From NCBI RefSeq assembly GCF_025526975.1, contig NW_026515668.1:434001-498000 (forward strand): a stretch of DNA of 64,000 nt, in the 5' to 3' direction. This stretch comes from Fimicolochytrium jonesii. Taxonomy: Eukaryota. The notes beneath the pieces are model-generated. The model saw only the letters and a program-made list of their open reading frames with translations, searched no databases and was not told the DNA's origin. Shown in pieces: positions 24,866 through 38,319 of this stretch. The translations under genes were made by a program, and so were the position numbers. Positions within the stretch are counted from its first letter, which is position 1, and each line of letters starts with the position of its first letter.

Positions 24866-26243
24866 ATGACGCCCGCTGGTAGCAAACGAAGTGACCCTAC
24901 AACTGCGACAAATCAGGCCGCCTTTGTGTCCAAGCTTTATTCGTGAGTCTCGCAAACGGAACACTTCTCCCCATGCGGCGTTCAGGACCGCTTAAGTGCT
25001 TACGATTGTTCTGATCTTCCTAGCATGCTAGAAGATACGAATATAGAACGCCTCATCTTCTGGGATATTGCAGGGACAAACTTCATCGTTGGCGACCTCA
25101 CAGAGTTCTCGAAGACCGTCCTGCCGCAGTACTTCAAACACAGCAATGTATGGCGGGCTGCCTTCGTGACTGTAGATGACATCCCAGCTAAAACCTCATT
25201 CCATTCACAGTTTGCAAGTTTCGTCCGGCAACTCAACATGTATGGCTTCCATAAAATAAACGACATGTACCATGGCCACTCGACGGAAGTCTGGGAGTTT
25301 GCCGTACGTATAGCGCCGTGCGTTCCAGATCAGATCGAGGATGCCATCTCACGAGACTGTTCATCAGCATCCAGAGTTCCGTCGAGGTTGTCAGGAATCA
25401 TTGGGGAACATCAAGCGCCGCTCCTCCAAACTAAATCAACTGCAGAAAGCTGCGCAGGCAGCCGCGTTCGGGACTGCATCATCGTCCTCTTCGTCGGGGT
25501 CGAATGGGCCTAAGGAAGATCGAGTAGATGTGTTGACGAAGAAGGTTATGGAGCTGGAGGGTAAATTGTAAGAAAAGCCTACCGAGAGAATCCCTGGGAC
25601 CGTATGCTGACCGGCGTGAACTGCAGAGCGAAACTCCATGAATCATATAACCTGCTGTGGTCGGAATCAGTGGCGGGACGGGATCTCCAGAGTAAACATC
25701 ACCAAGTTATCACCAACATTACGTCTTTTCTTGCCAACACGCATTCTGACGACCCACGTGCGACAAGGAAACGGAGGCTGGATGGTATGTTCGATATCCA
25801 TTCTTCCGTGTCGTTTCTTCCATGTGAGAATTGCAACCAACTGGATCTATTACACAGCGGATCTTCTGCAATCCGAAGTAGCCCGCATCCACCCCAAATC
25901 GTCCACCACGAACGTCACATCCACCGGATTAGAAGTACCTACCTCCCACTCCGACATTGCAAACGAGTCGGAAGATGACGGGAGTGGGTTCTCAGAGTCC
26001 GACGATGATGCTACAGAACACATCAACAGCGCATCAACGGCCGACCATCCACAACAGGATGGCGCAAAAAGTCTAGGGGCCGACGATGGGGAAGAGGACG
26101 GTGACGCAGAGCCGTCGGAGGAGTCACGGTCTGAATGGGAGAGTGAGGTCGAGGTGGAAACGGTGGTTTTAAAGACCGAGGCCACTGCGCCGCCGCGGCC
26201 AACGAAACCAGCGAAGCGGGCGAGAAGGGAAGAACGCATCTAA
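24866..26243 (+). CDS. HSF-type DNA-binding transcription factor (multi-exon)
   Basis: AAFVSKLYS|MLED...LIFW...FSKTVLPQYFKHSN|FASFVRQLNMYGFHKI...WEFA|HPEFRRG...NIKRR, followed by a coiled coil and an acidic tail. Confidence 0.9.
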
Positions 26244-26563
26244 ACGATTCTTCCTCACCCCATTGCACCATCGCCTTGGACTGAGGAGCCGATCTATTCT
26301 GGGCCTTTTTTTGGAAGTCACGTAGTATTGCAGCGAGCGCCACCACCACTTGCACGATATCTCGCATCGCTAAGCGTACAGATGTGTGCATGTATATACC
26401 CAATGAGCTCTTTGTACGCAATACCCAACATCTTGAGATCCCGCCGATATTGAGTGGGAATGGCTCTGTCGCCCATCCTATATGGGATTGAACCTATGTA
26501 CATCGCCTAGCCTATCCCCAACTTAGATCCCAGGACCACCCTGAGTTACCCCACCAACGTCTG

Positions 26564-27661
26564 CTACGCCTTTGTAGTATCCCCGTCCATCAAAAATCTT
26601 TCCGCTAGCTCCTTTTGCCTCCTCTGTACCAGCCACGCCTCGACTTCCTTTTGTGAAGGTACAGGTACGTGCAGTAATGGATCGTCTACTGATTTGCTTG
26701 GTGACGGTTCGTTTCCATCGCGCACTGAAATCGGTCGTCTTGTTAGCCATCGCCAACATTCAACAGAAAAAAGTACATAAGGGTTGGCTCACTTACGTTT
26801 CCGTTCTACTTCCGCTTCATACTGCAGGAGCAGCCCATCCTCTTCATCCCGATACCCATAGTAATCTGCATCTACCCTCTTATTTAAATCCGATCGTGTA
26901 GACTTCACCACCGTCGGAACTAGCCAGAAAAACAAGAAAGCATCGGTAAGGGCTGGGAAACCGAGTCGGCAGTAATCTCTGATCCTGCAGTACCTTCTTC
27001 CGCAAACAGCTCCCGTACACCTGGCAGGTCCTTCGCACGTCCAAAATATCTGCAGAAATGAGAAGTTTCAGAGACCTGCGGCATTTTGGCAATCCAAACG
27101 CCACTTACTTGTATCCCCTCGCGCCCGGCACTTCTTTCCCCTCATTATCTAATAATCGCGGTCCTACTTTGCGGTAATCGGGCCCACCCAACTCCCTTAT
27201 CCTGTTTTCCCAATGCCGCTTCTCGCGAAGTAGTTTGTTGATTTCATCGTTCAGGTCGCGAACTTGATAGTCGGTCAATCCTGCTATTTGGCAAAAGTTT
27301 CCAAAGTGATGAACATCAACCTTCACCGGTCTGCTGTCCCCTCCCAAGAACAACGGCCGCGTCCACCCCACTCACAATCCTGAATCTTCGACACCTTCTG
27401 CGAGATCTCTCGTATTATTTGGTGCCGCCACTTTTCCGCCTCCTTCAGATTCGACACTTCCGAAGCTAGATAAGGTCGTTTCTCTGTCTTTTTGAACCCG
27501 AGTTCCGCTGCTTGCGCTTCGCGGAACCGGTACAGCATCGACTGGGCTTTCTCTTCATTTCGGGCCTTGAAGAGAGTGGGAACTTGTCAGCCGCTGTGGG
27601 ACCTACCCCACAGGCACACAAGAGTAACAGGCGTAGCAGGTGTGACCTCTTTACTCACCAT
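26564..27661 (-). CDS. ISY1: Pre-mRNA splicing factor Isy1 (multi-exon)
   Basis: M|ARNEEKAQSMLYRFR...AEKWRHQIIREISQKVSKIQD...RDLNDEINKLLREKRHWE...GYK|YFGRAKDLPGVRELF...DYYGYRDEEDG...HVPVPSQKEVE. Confidence 0.95.
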
Positions 27662-28097
27662 TCTGAAAGATTCAACGGTGGTTGGTTGTTGAGTTTAACG
27701 GAATTGGGATACCCTTCGCGCACGTATATTCAGGCAAACCCTAGATGCTCCGGACATAATACAGCCCACGTGATTTTGCGGGCATTTAAATGTTATGCGC
27801 AAGCTTGATGTTCCAACTCTGTGCGGCCACGTGTGCGGCCAGTCCTCCGATGACCCCTTCCAAGTCAGCCAGCTTCCAAGTCTTTCCAAACTCCACGTTA
27901 CAACTTCAACCTTTGACATCTCTCCATATCAACCTCCTCGGTGTGAAATTCAACATATACTCGGCACTCCCCAACACCTCTACTTTCGCAACCGGGGTGG
28001 CCGGCCTTCTGTTTTGAAGCGCTTTACGCACAGGCGAGACATTCTGGACTCGACGCACAACTCCGCCAATACAAATCGCAGCAAAGTTTGGTGCACC

Positions 28098-30221
28098 ATG
28101 GATTACGGGGAGGCCTTCTTGAATAACCTTCCGTTGGCCTCGGAGGTCACAGAATATCCTGATATAGGGCTGCTAGGGGAAGATGACATTTTCAAGTCCT
28201 TCCTCAACGAGGATTTTGCAAAGTTAATGGATAGCGGCCAGTTTCCGCTTCAAGATCCGCTGTGTTCGCTGGTGGGCATGGACATGCCTCTACTGGACAG
28301 TAGTGGTCCTGGAGGTGTACCCGTACCTGTACCTTTCGGAGAGTCTTTCGGACAGTCGTCGGAACGCACAGGTTCATTGAGCCCGCATAGCGTCGCATCC
28401 AATCCTCATTCGTTCTCCTACTCGTCTCCGTCTTCGGCGGCGTCCGGTGGTTTGTCACCCGGAATGGAGTGGCTGCTCGATTTCGATGATGTAAGTACGG
28501 ATTTGATAGGCGAAGGCGAGGGGTCTTCTTCAATTAGCGACCTGTCACAACCTGTCGAACCGAGATGCGTCGAAGGCGCATCAAGTATGCGAGGGATCGT
28601 AAGAAATAGAGAACAGTTTCTGGATCGGCCGAGCGTAGTGGCCCGAGTCGCTATGCGAGGGATAGTGAGCATTTATGCTACTTCAGGGCCATGTCGCTGA
28701 CGCTACTCGTTTTTACACAAACAGAACCTTGCAGCACTTCAGAACAGTCTCGTATCCTCCGGCCCTCCACCGGCTGAGCCACTACTTAGCACAGCACCTA
28801 TCGCAGCTCCGACGACTCTGGTATCCTGCGACGCCGACCTCCCCTTACCCGCTCTGGAGACACGTCTAGAGCCATTATTACCCATCAAAGTGGAACCTTC
28901 GGCGTCGTTGCCACTGCCGAAGAAAATCGAACCCATACCACTTCTGCCGGTGCCGACGCTACCAGCAAAGGCAGCAAAGCAACCGTTAGCCCCTAAAACC
29001 TCTCATCCGATTCATGTAAATATTCAGCCTAAACCAACGCCTGACGTAGCCAAACCTGGCCCAGCGGCACTGACCGCAGCCGAAAGGCGAGCAGAACGGT
29101 TGATCAAGAACCGCGCCGCTGCCTTGGAGTCGAGGAAGCGAAAGCGGGAACAACAGCAAAAGCTGGAGAAGGCCAGCGAACAGCTTTACGAAGATAACGA
29201 GAACCTGAGAGCCAGAGTGGCCGATTTAGAGGAGAAGAACCGACAGCTGACAGAGGAGAATGGGCGATTGAGGCATCGATTGTACAACTTGGATAAACGC
29301 GCTGCGGATGTTTCGGGGATCGACCCGATGAACTCATTTGCAGACCTCAGCACTGTCCTCTTTGAGGCGCCCAACAAGAAGGCAGTGGGAACTGCTCTCA
29401 TGGCATTCTTCTTCTCGTTTGCCTTGATCTTCCTGCCCGGTTTCATGTCATCATCTCCCCATATCGGCGGCCATCTTGCCGGCAGAGCCTACTCCGACGA
29501 GAGCTCCGCCTACTCTGGGCTGAAGCTCCTCGACCCACCGCCGAAAATTCTCTACCTCCCAGCCTCGTCACCACTCCCTACCGAATCTGGCCTTGTTCCC
29601 TTGTCCATGACGCCAGCATCCATGCAAATCAGGAGCAGTATGGGCATACCACTTCATCGAGCGGTCTTCAACGATGTTCTTGAGAAATTGGTTGAAAGCT
29701 GCCCGAAATCGGAAGCTACCCGCGAACACCGAGCGCATCTCGCAACCCTCTCGAGTCTCTTCCATGATCAGACTCAGCGTGACAATGTCCTCGTACCCGC
29801 AGGTGCGCGCCGGAAAGTTTCCATTGACCGGTCTGGGAAGTCGTTCGAGCAGGCTGCCTCAAAGTACATCAAGTCGGATGACAGCAGTAAAGCCGGCTTT
29901 GTACATATCCCACCCGACTGTGGCGTACAATACGAGGCTGACGGAACCGGCGCGAAAGCAATCCCACACCTTACCCTCTCGGACTCCATCCACCTCCTTC
30001 CCTACCGATCGCTGTCGGATTCCGGCTCGAGATCTGCCCGATCAGATAAAGACGGATGGCCCGCGGACACGTTGGACGCTCCAAGATTCTCTCTTGTGGC
30101 GAAGTTACCGTCCTCGGAAGTGGAGGGTGATTCTTCTCGATCTAACGCGGGAGGGTTCCTGCACCTGGATTTAGAGGTCATTGACGCTCGTCTGGTGAAA
30201 TGGAACGAGAGCGAGCCTTGA
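28098..30221 (+). CDS. Membrane-anchored bZIP transcription factor, ATF6/CREB3-like
   Basis: Acidic N-terminus; intron 28491..28724 keeps frame; bZIP RAERLIKNRAAALESRKRKRE plus Leu heptads; TM segment AVGTALMAFFFSFALIFLPG; long luminal-type C-terminus. Confidence 0.85.
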
Positions 30222-30662
30222 ATGGAGAGGCTCTCGTGACCGTCGAGGTGTATCGACGAATGGGCTGTACAGAGCATCCCCATGTATGATATCAAATGTA
30301 TGGATTGCGGTTTTTTTGGGCTCGGCTGAGATACTTGAGGAGGCGAGACAGCTTAGTTTTCAGCCTATGTATTCCATCAGTGAGTAGTTGTATGGCTTCT
30401 ACATGAATATCATCTATTGCCTGCATGCATTGCACCGCTAGTATTCGGATATCTGCCCGGAAGGAAAAAGCTTCCGAGGTAGATTTGGCTTTCGATCTTC
30501 GAAGTTCGCGTCAGTTTCGCGTCGATAATTTTGGCTGAAGTTCGTGGCTGTGCCACATCGAGCACGCCCCTTCGAACGAACTCTGAACCCTCGAACTGGG
30601 CCCATTTAGCTTTAGCCAACGGCTCCAGCAGACAATCGAGCCCAAAACCATCACCTTCGAGG

Positions 30663-32205
30663 ATGACGTCGGCAGACATTCTGGTGCAGACAGCAGGCTA
30701 CGGCTACCACCCTCACGCCGATGAAGACGATTACGACGAGCAAGAAGACGAGCAAGAAGACGACGAACATGACGATATTGAGGCCGAATTCGACGAGCTC
30801 CTCGAAGCGCAAGTGCGGAATGACATAATCCAGGAAGACGAGGAAGAAGACGACGATGACGACGAAGAGGAGGAGTACAGAGTGGGAAGGCATCACGATC
30901 ATGGACAGCCAGCTACCTTCGTCCCCCAGTTTCGGCCGGGAATGCCGCTTCCCATGACGGCGTCGGTCGATAGCGAAATTTTCCATGTCAAGAGCAAAAT
31001 TGCCCACATTATGGGGTTGCTGAATCAGGAAGGGAATTTAACGGGGGAGGAGGCGGCGGCGGTTGAAAGGTTGAGAGAGGTGAGGAAGGAAGGAAGGAAT
31101 CAAGTCTGGCCCGGCTTTTTCAGCGTTTCCCCACTGACTTGGTGTTTGTTCAACAGCTTGCAGAAAGCGCAACGCAGAATATCGTCGCATTACCGGCTCC
31201 TGTCGCATTACTGGATCCGCAAACGAGTGTCCCACCAGCGGTCAGCTTCCCGACCTATCCTGAACCGGACGCCTTTCCGATGCTAGTAGCCGCCGCGTTA
31301 GCCGCCCAACCTGGCCCTCACAAAAATCTCATCCCGGAACCAGAAGTAGAGTCCGGCGAGACGGACGGCATCGTGAGACGCAGGCGGAAACCCAAGGAAC
31401 GCTATCGGTGTCCAAATGTCGACTGCGATAAGACATTCACGAGAAAGTTCAACCTCCAGGTGCACATGAAAACCCATGATCCTGAGCGCCCACGACCGTT
31501 TCTTTGTCCTGTATGCCAGCAGGGGTTTTCACGGCAGGTTGATTGTATACGGCATACCGAAAGTGAGTAAAAGCTGGTCATTCCTTCTCACACACACATA
31601 GCTAACAACCGTCATGTCTTCCTTCCTTCCCAGCCCATGTCCAAAAGAAGCATACGTGCGTAGAGTGTAACAAGGTCTTCAGCCGCAAAGATGCTTTGAA
31701 AAGACACATCACAACTGGGCGCTGCATGCAGACGGCACTCCTGCCAAGCTTGAGCGACTTTGCCTCACCAACATCAATAGAGGATCTTCACTTGGCTGCA
31801 TCTCTGGCCGCACAAGAACAAGTACAGCGGCTACAACAGCAACGTCAGCAGCACCCTGCCCCAAGCGCTTTAGATGCCCTCGCGGCCTTCGCAGAGGTTG
31901 AGCGGAATGCACTCAGTCAGGCTTCGTCTGGCGGATTGTCACACGGCGGAGATGACGAGATGCGAGACACTACAGCATTGCACACTGCGTCATCTCTAGT
32001 TGGTTTGTCCGCCCCGCTGGCGCACACCAACCTTGCTCTACCGCCTCAACCCGGAAGTCTGGAAGAGGCTGTTACGGCGGCCATAGCGGCAGCGGACGTT
32101 ACGACGGCAGAAGGGGTACGGACGCAACCCAGGGCATCTTTTGCGCAGTATAACCGTTTGCTTGAGCAAACACCACGGACGGCAGTTTCAGGGCAATATT
32201 CATAA
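30663..32205 (+). CDS. C2H2 zinc-finger transcription factor (three fingers, acidic N-terminus)
   Basis: YRCPNVDCDKTFTRKFNLQVHMKTH, FLCPVCQQGFSRQVDCIRH and HTCVECNKVFSRKDALKRH. Introns ~31080..31157 and ~31563..31633. Confidence 0.88.
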
Positions 32206-32497
32206 GCAGCGCGCAGTGTCTTTTCGCCCTTCCTAGATATATACCACCGGATTGCATCAACTACCGTCATCATGCATACATGTAGAGGACCTGTACAAAA
32301 CTCCGAGTTGAGTTATCAAAATCTAGTTCAGAGATACATACATTATGGCGCCAAAACCGTAATACGCCGCGCAACAGTAAACTAAGCTGGAATCCTAAAA
32401 TATTGAGACACTAAAGATATACAAGAACAGACAAGGAAAAAAAGACTATCTACAGATGGTGAAAAAGCGGACCAGTGACTGAATCCGGAAGGGTAAG

Positions 32498-35400
32498 TTA
32501 CAGCCGGAGATCCGGGGTACTTTGCGATTTGGGTATTTGCAGAAGTCTGGCTGCCATCCCGCGGCGGCTAATGATAGCCGCCGCATGTAAGGGATCCAGG
32601 GCATTGATCCAGGCGTCGAGTTCATCGAGCGACGGTGTCTGGAAGAGGATCGAGGACGAGCGGACTTGCATGGCAAAGATGTTTGGTTTCTGAAGGAGCG
32701 GGAAAGTAAGGGTTCTGTGAGATGATCCTCATTTGAATTTCAGTGCGGAAGTGTTTAGCATACCTTGGTAATCTCGGACAGACGCGGGGAATGTGTCAAA
32801 TAGATACCCTCCAAGCCAACCACCGCACATAGCTTCGTCTCGCTCTGGTCGGCATACACATAGAGGAAGGGCCGCCTGATGACGAACCATTCTTTGCTCC
32901 AAACATCGTCCCCATTCTCAACCCAGCTCATCGCACCCCGTTTCACGACTGGCCCTCTTTCAACGTGTCTCACGTCGGCTTTGTACGCCATATACCGATC
33001 CTTGCCGAATGTCGTTGAGGCGCTGTTACCGAGTACGAGGCTGTGAAGGCTCGGGTCGCGCGGGTCTCTCCGTCGCCATATTTCGAGCGACTTTCGGAGA
33101 AGAGCGTTTCCTCGCGTGCTATCCGTTCGATTGCGAGACGGAACATTTTGGCAGATCTCTGGAAATCCTTGACGGAGACGGTCCGCTTCCAGTTTGTTGG
33201 CCAATCGTCGCCTGGTTGCCTCCCACTGAACGATCAGTTCGGGCCCATGCGGCTTCCAGCCGGCTAAGCCCTCTTCGCCGCGGATGTAAGTCCCACCTTG
33301 GGAAGCGTCGTGCGATGTGTACGTCAGCGCTCTGCTTGTGGCAGACGACGACCGCATGATGATGTTGAAGACGAAGGAGCTGTACGGCAAATAACGAGAT
33401 CCACCAATGGGCCCAAACGAAGAAAGGCCAAGCAGGCCGGCAAGGTACCGTGGTGAAGTTCGAACGTTGTAGTCGCGATCCACTATCATAACGGCGATGT
33501 CCGTTTCAAAGTGCAATTCCTCAGGTAGCCTGGCCGCAGACGATGGCGGGTGCTCCATCTCGGCGGTGAAGTGCAAACGCAACAGAACCTTCTCGCCCTT
33601 CCTAGTCATACTGTTCAGCCATGCGCATTCATGTGCGCCGCTATCCCAGCTGCAGACGATATTCAAGCTCCGTCCGTTCTCATGTGCTTCCTGCCTGCGT
33701 GGCACGCGCAATCGGACCATGTCGCTTTCCATTTCCACACTCGGCTGCTCATTCGCGATGATGCCATCTTTCGTTGAGAGCCTGACCTTTCCGATGTCGA
33801 CGCGCGTAATCCGTTTCCACCGGATTTGTGGTCCATGGGAATGGGTCAAGCGAAGCCCGACACGACGCTGCAGGCCGTGGCGTAAGAGGAAGGAACCCGC
33901 GTCAGTGTCTTTGGTAGCCTCAGTCAAGGTTGGTTTGTAAGAACCCAAGGACCGCGATGCCTCTGCAATCTCGATTTGGCACAGAACTGGGTAACGAAGC
34001 TCGGACGTAGACGTCCCATTCTTCGATGGCAGCGTCTGCTGCTTGCCAGGGAATGGAGGCACTTGCGGCGAAGATGGGGAGGCACAAGAATCGTCTGGAG
34101 CATCTGATTGGCAGTCTGCGGGAACCAACTGACTCTCACGATTGTGGAATGTTTCCTCGATCATCTCTGAGACTGGCTTCTGCCGCCTCCCGAAAACATC
34201 GAAGCGCATCATGCCATTCAGCAACGTGTCTCGCACCGCCGCCCCGATTTTCACGCGAACCGTTTGGCTAAAGTCGAACACCACGACGTCCGTACCGAAA
34301 TCGGTCGCCGGGTCCGTCGCGAAAACCCGGTTTGCATCAAAGTCCTCAGCGTGCCCGCCCGCAGAACGCTCCTGTCCAAATGACTCTCCGGAGAATTGCA
34401 CGTGTAGCTGCGTGAACTCTTCTTCGAGGATGCCGCCCAATGACAGAATGGAGACCTCAAATAGAAGGGTCTCTCCATCTTCAAGCTCATCCCTTCCAGA
34501 AGCAGTCTGCCCCTCAATGGCGCCAGTTCTCTCACTTCCGATGACGCTCACGACAACTTTGATACATCCCTTCACATGCCCTGTCTCGGTAACAACGTCG
34601 CAGTTGACCTCTTGCGTCATCCCCCATATCGTGTTGCGCACGCACACCCACGCGGATCCGATGCGATCAAACCATGGACAGTCCCCTGCATTGTAGAAGC
34701 AGCTGGTATCCGGTGTATATCCGCCCGACGAGTGATCTGACAGGTAGTATAACTCCCGCATCAGAGGTAACCTCTCTCGCAGGGTATCCGATGTCCACAT
34801 ATAGACGGAATCGTTGCAGCCGTCAAGGACCTTGATTCGGAATATCGGACGCTGGCGCTGGAGACGGGCGAAACTGCCCACAACCGGGCACTGGTGATAT
34901 GCAGTCCCGTACGGCATTTGTTGGCAATCAGTGACCTCCCAGAAAGAGGTATTCGTATCACTGCACAGGGCTATCTGATACAGCACGTTCCTGTCGAGCT
35001 CTTTCGCTATGACATTAGCTTCCTTCAAAATCGCGGCCGCGTCCACAATCTCTCTGGCGATTTGAACGTATTTTCGCGATCGCCATCTGCTTGCGAACTC
35101 CCGCACCAAGTCATCCCGGAAGGACCTCCCCCTCCTCGATCGTGTTGACGGCTCAGGCAATGTCCCCACTGCAGATGACCCGTCCCGAATCGGGTCTGTG
35201 AGTGACGTCCCAGCCGATGGAGACATATCGCCAGCGTCCCAGGACATGGAAGCACGAGGATGGGAAGTATCTTGTATACGAACTCGCGACCCACGTTTCC
35301 AGGATGTCATGGATTTCGGCGGCGCCTCAGAACCAGTTTCATATGCCTCGTCTGTGAAGCCTCGCCCTTCACTCGCGGGTAGACGTCGGCCTTGACGGTA

Positions 35401-37624
35401 AAGCATGGCTATCGACTGCTCCGAAGTTGTCGGACTAGGTGAATCGAAGTATGATGCAGTCCCGTCATCTGCTATTGATGGTATGCTAGGATTAAGCATA
35501 GAGGTGGGCCTCGCAATAGGACCGCCTCTTCGCTGCTTTGGTGGGGCGTTCGGGTCATTGAACCTGAAAATGTGGCGATCCCCCAAAATAATGCAATCCC
35601 CGGCGGAAAGTATCTGACCTGAGAGCGTTAGTCAGAGTACTAGAACACGAAAACCCCGTGACTGCTAGGTTTCTCACCTCCGGCTCGTTGATCGGACGTC
35701 CGTTCACCATGGTGGGCGCATCATGTTCAGGCCGAACAGTAACCTTGTGTGTATGATCTGCGCTCATGACACAATGGGATGGGAGTATGTTCGGACCCAC
35801 CAACCGAATGTCTGCGCAGTCGTGAGAGCCAACCCGGTATAGACCCGGCGGTAATGGGTATAGTAAGCTTTCGGAGAAATGGGGGTATTCGCTAAGATTC
35901 AGAAGGTGCGGTATGCGTGGGGCTTGGAAATTCATCGAGCTTGTAACGGATTGTTCCGAGGGCGAAGTAGGACTTCGGTCCCCATTCGCATTCCCACGTT
36001 CGACCTGCAAATCCTGAGTTCTCCGCTGCAGAAAGTGAGAGGAGCGCTGTTGCAGTAGCCACATTCCCGAGTTCACTTACCAGCTTGTCTTCGAAGCTTT
36101 CGGTGATTTGAGCTATGAGCTTCTCGCTGGCTTTCAGAGCATCTTTGAGCGCTCCAACGTCTTCCGTTCCAAGGAGCTCGTCCGCTCCGGATGCTCCCGA
36201 CAGTTGACTTGGTGCATCGGAAGCTGGGCTTTCCCTTGAGGGTACATGCGCCGAAGGTGACAGCTCCAATGATTCGTACCGGAGCAATTTCGACTTCAGA
36301 GTGGAGATTTCTTGTTGCAGCTCGCGCAACATTCTGGCATTCGAATCTTCGTTGACGATAGCTTTGTTGACGATACGCTTTGCTCTGTCTGCGTAACGAA
36401 GGGTGGACAGGGTTTCATCGTAATTGACATCGGCCGGACTGATCGCAGCGATCATGACGGTTTTCGAATTGCCGCCGAGGCAATCCTTCAGCAGCCAGGT
36501 AAGCGCAGAATCCCGATAAGGTATGTGCACTTTCCTTTGCTTCGCGGAAGATAGACCGTGGACGTCAGATAAGTTGGTCTTGCTTCTGGCGACCTCTTTC
36601 CCGGTAGCAGTTGACAGGTCAGCCAGCGCGGATATAACTTTCCCCAGAGTGGTCAGGGACTTGTTGATATTGGCACCTTCCTTCAGGCGCAGGCCAGTGT
36701 TGCCCGTTGCATCTGCACGCTCGCTGCCAGCAAGATCCACGAGACAGATGCGGGACACCTTCTCGGCCGTTATACCCAAGTCCGGTTCACGAGAACGCTG
36801 GGTAAGTATGATCGTGAAGACCGCATGACTTCGGCTCGACGTAGCATTCATGTTCGTTTCTGCTGTGGTCCGTGCTTTGTTACCCTCATCCATCAAAGTT
36901 GCAATCTCTTCGTACGATCTCACAACAAGCTTGCTGAGGTCTTCCACATATGGACCCAGCGAGGGGTGTTCCCGAACTCTCAGATTGTTTTTCACAACCG
37001 GATTGAGCAGATCCCTAACTCGCTCGTTGTAGATTTCGATGTAGCTCACTTCGACGTTAAAGGTGGTATTGGCGTCGACGTTTGCATCGATCTTCGAGAA
37101 AAGTTCTTCGCATGCTCGCGGAATGACACCCTTCTCTTGGCCGTAACCCATCATAGAATAACTCTTTCCCGCACCTGTCTGTCCATATCTGTAGCCGTTT
37201 TACATCGGTTAGGCGACACAGATCATTGTTCTGTTGAGAAAGGACGAACTTACGCGAACACACATGTGTTGTATCCTTCGAAAGCATGCTCCAATATGTC
37301 CTTTCCAACGGCATTGTACACCGTCTCTTGCGACGCAAAGTGATCGTCACTCTCGGCAAATGACCAGAAGCAGTTGTCAAACGTAAACGCTCGTTGAGTT
37401 TCCTCAGCAATCGATGCCGTCAAGCGACTTTCGGAGCCTCCCGTCCCTCCTGGCTTCGTTAATTGCACAGCCTTGCCATTGACGCTCACAATCTTACGTG
37501 CGCCCTTAAAAATCTCACGCTCATTGAAGGGCCTCACTCGAATGACCACCTGGAAGTGTAAGTATATGAGTATGGAAGTCACAAAAAGTCAGACGGGCGT
37601 GAAATTCACCTTTACAGACGACAT
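32498..37624 (-). CDS. Kinesin-3 motor (Unc104/KIF1-like: motor, FHA, DUF3694-like, PH)
   Basis: [46 protein letters not shown] (PHLLNLSE...TMVNG...HIFRFNDP); C-terminal PH ([16 protein letters not shown]...ELDAWINAL). Confidence 0.95.
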
Positions 37625-38319
37625 GGCGCTTAGACTGTACACTCTCCGCACAGTGCTTCAGTCTGTTAGGGAAGCTGCAGACGATTACGACCGGAAACGT
37701 CTCACGCACGTCTCACGTGTGCGTGAAAGAATGGGCAGCCGGGCTCAAAGTGTCACGGCGGGCGGAAATTTCGACACGGGCGGGTCGGAAATGCCAAGCG
37801 TTCGACGAGTTTCAGCTCACTCCGCTCAGTCTGTAAGCGGGCGCAAGACAAATACAAGGTGCTAGTTCAGACAAGCTTCACAACCTGCGTTCCAGGCGGA
37901 GAGCGCTCAGCGACTTGGCGAGGGAACTTCGGTCAGCCCGTACCCGCTAGACTTCACACCGGTCTACGACTTAGGCCTCCGCTTCTAGATAGATATCTGG
38001 CGAACCCCCCTGCCAAGAGCGGCCTGCCGGTACGCAGCAAATGTTAAGTGTTGGTCTGACAGCCTCTGACTTCCAAACGTGGGCGAGTCGGAGAAGGAGG
38101 GATTTGAGGCAACCACTTTGTCCTTCCCACACGTCATGCATGCTCAGTCGCGCTGTCACAGGAGACGATCTCTGTCGAAAGGTGGAGCACAAAACTCCTG
38201 CCTGACTCCGGGCCAGCTGCCCCAGTGGCACGCAGAGTGGGGCCGACGTTCGCACAACGACAAAAGCCAAAACTTCGAAAGCTTCGGAGCCCACCACCCA
38301 TCCCTCCCCTACCTTCATC

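Noticed and set aside
28491..28724. Hac1-type unconventional intron in the bZIP gene
   Set aside because: Canonical GTAAGT...CTGAC...CAG spliceosomal intron located upstream of the bZIP; no Ire1 stem-loops were recognised.
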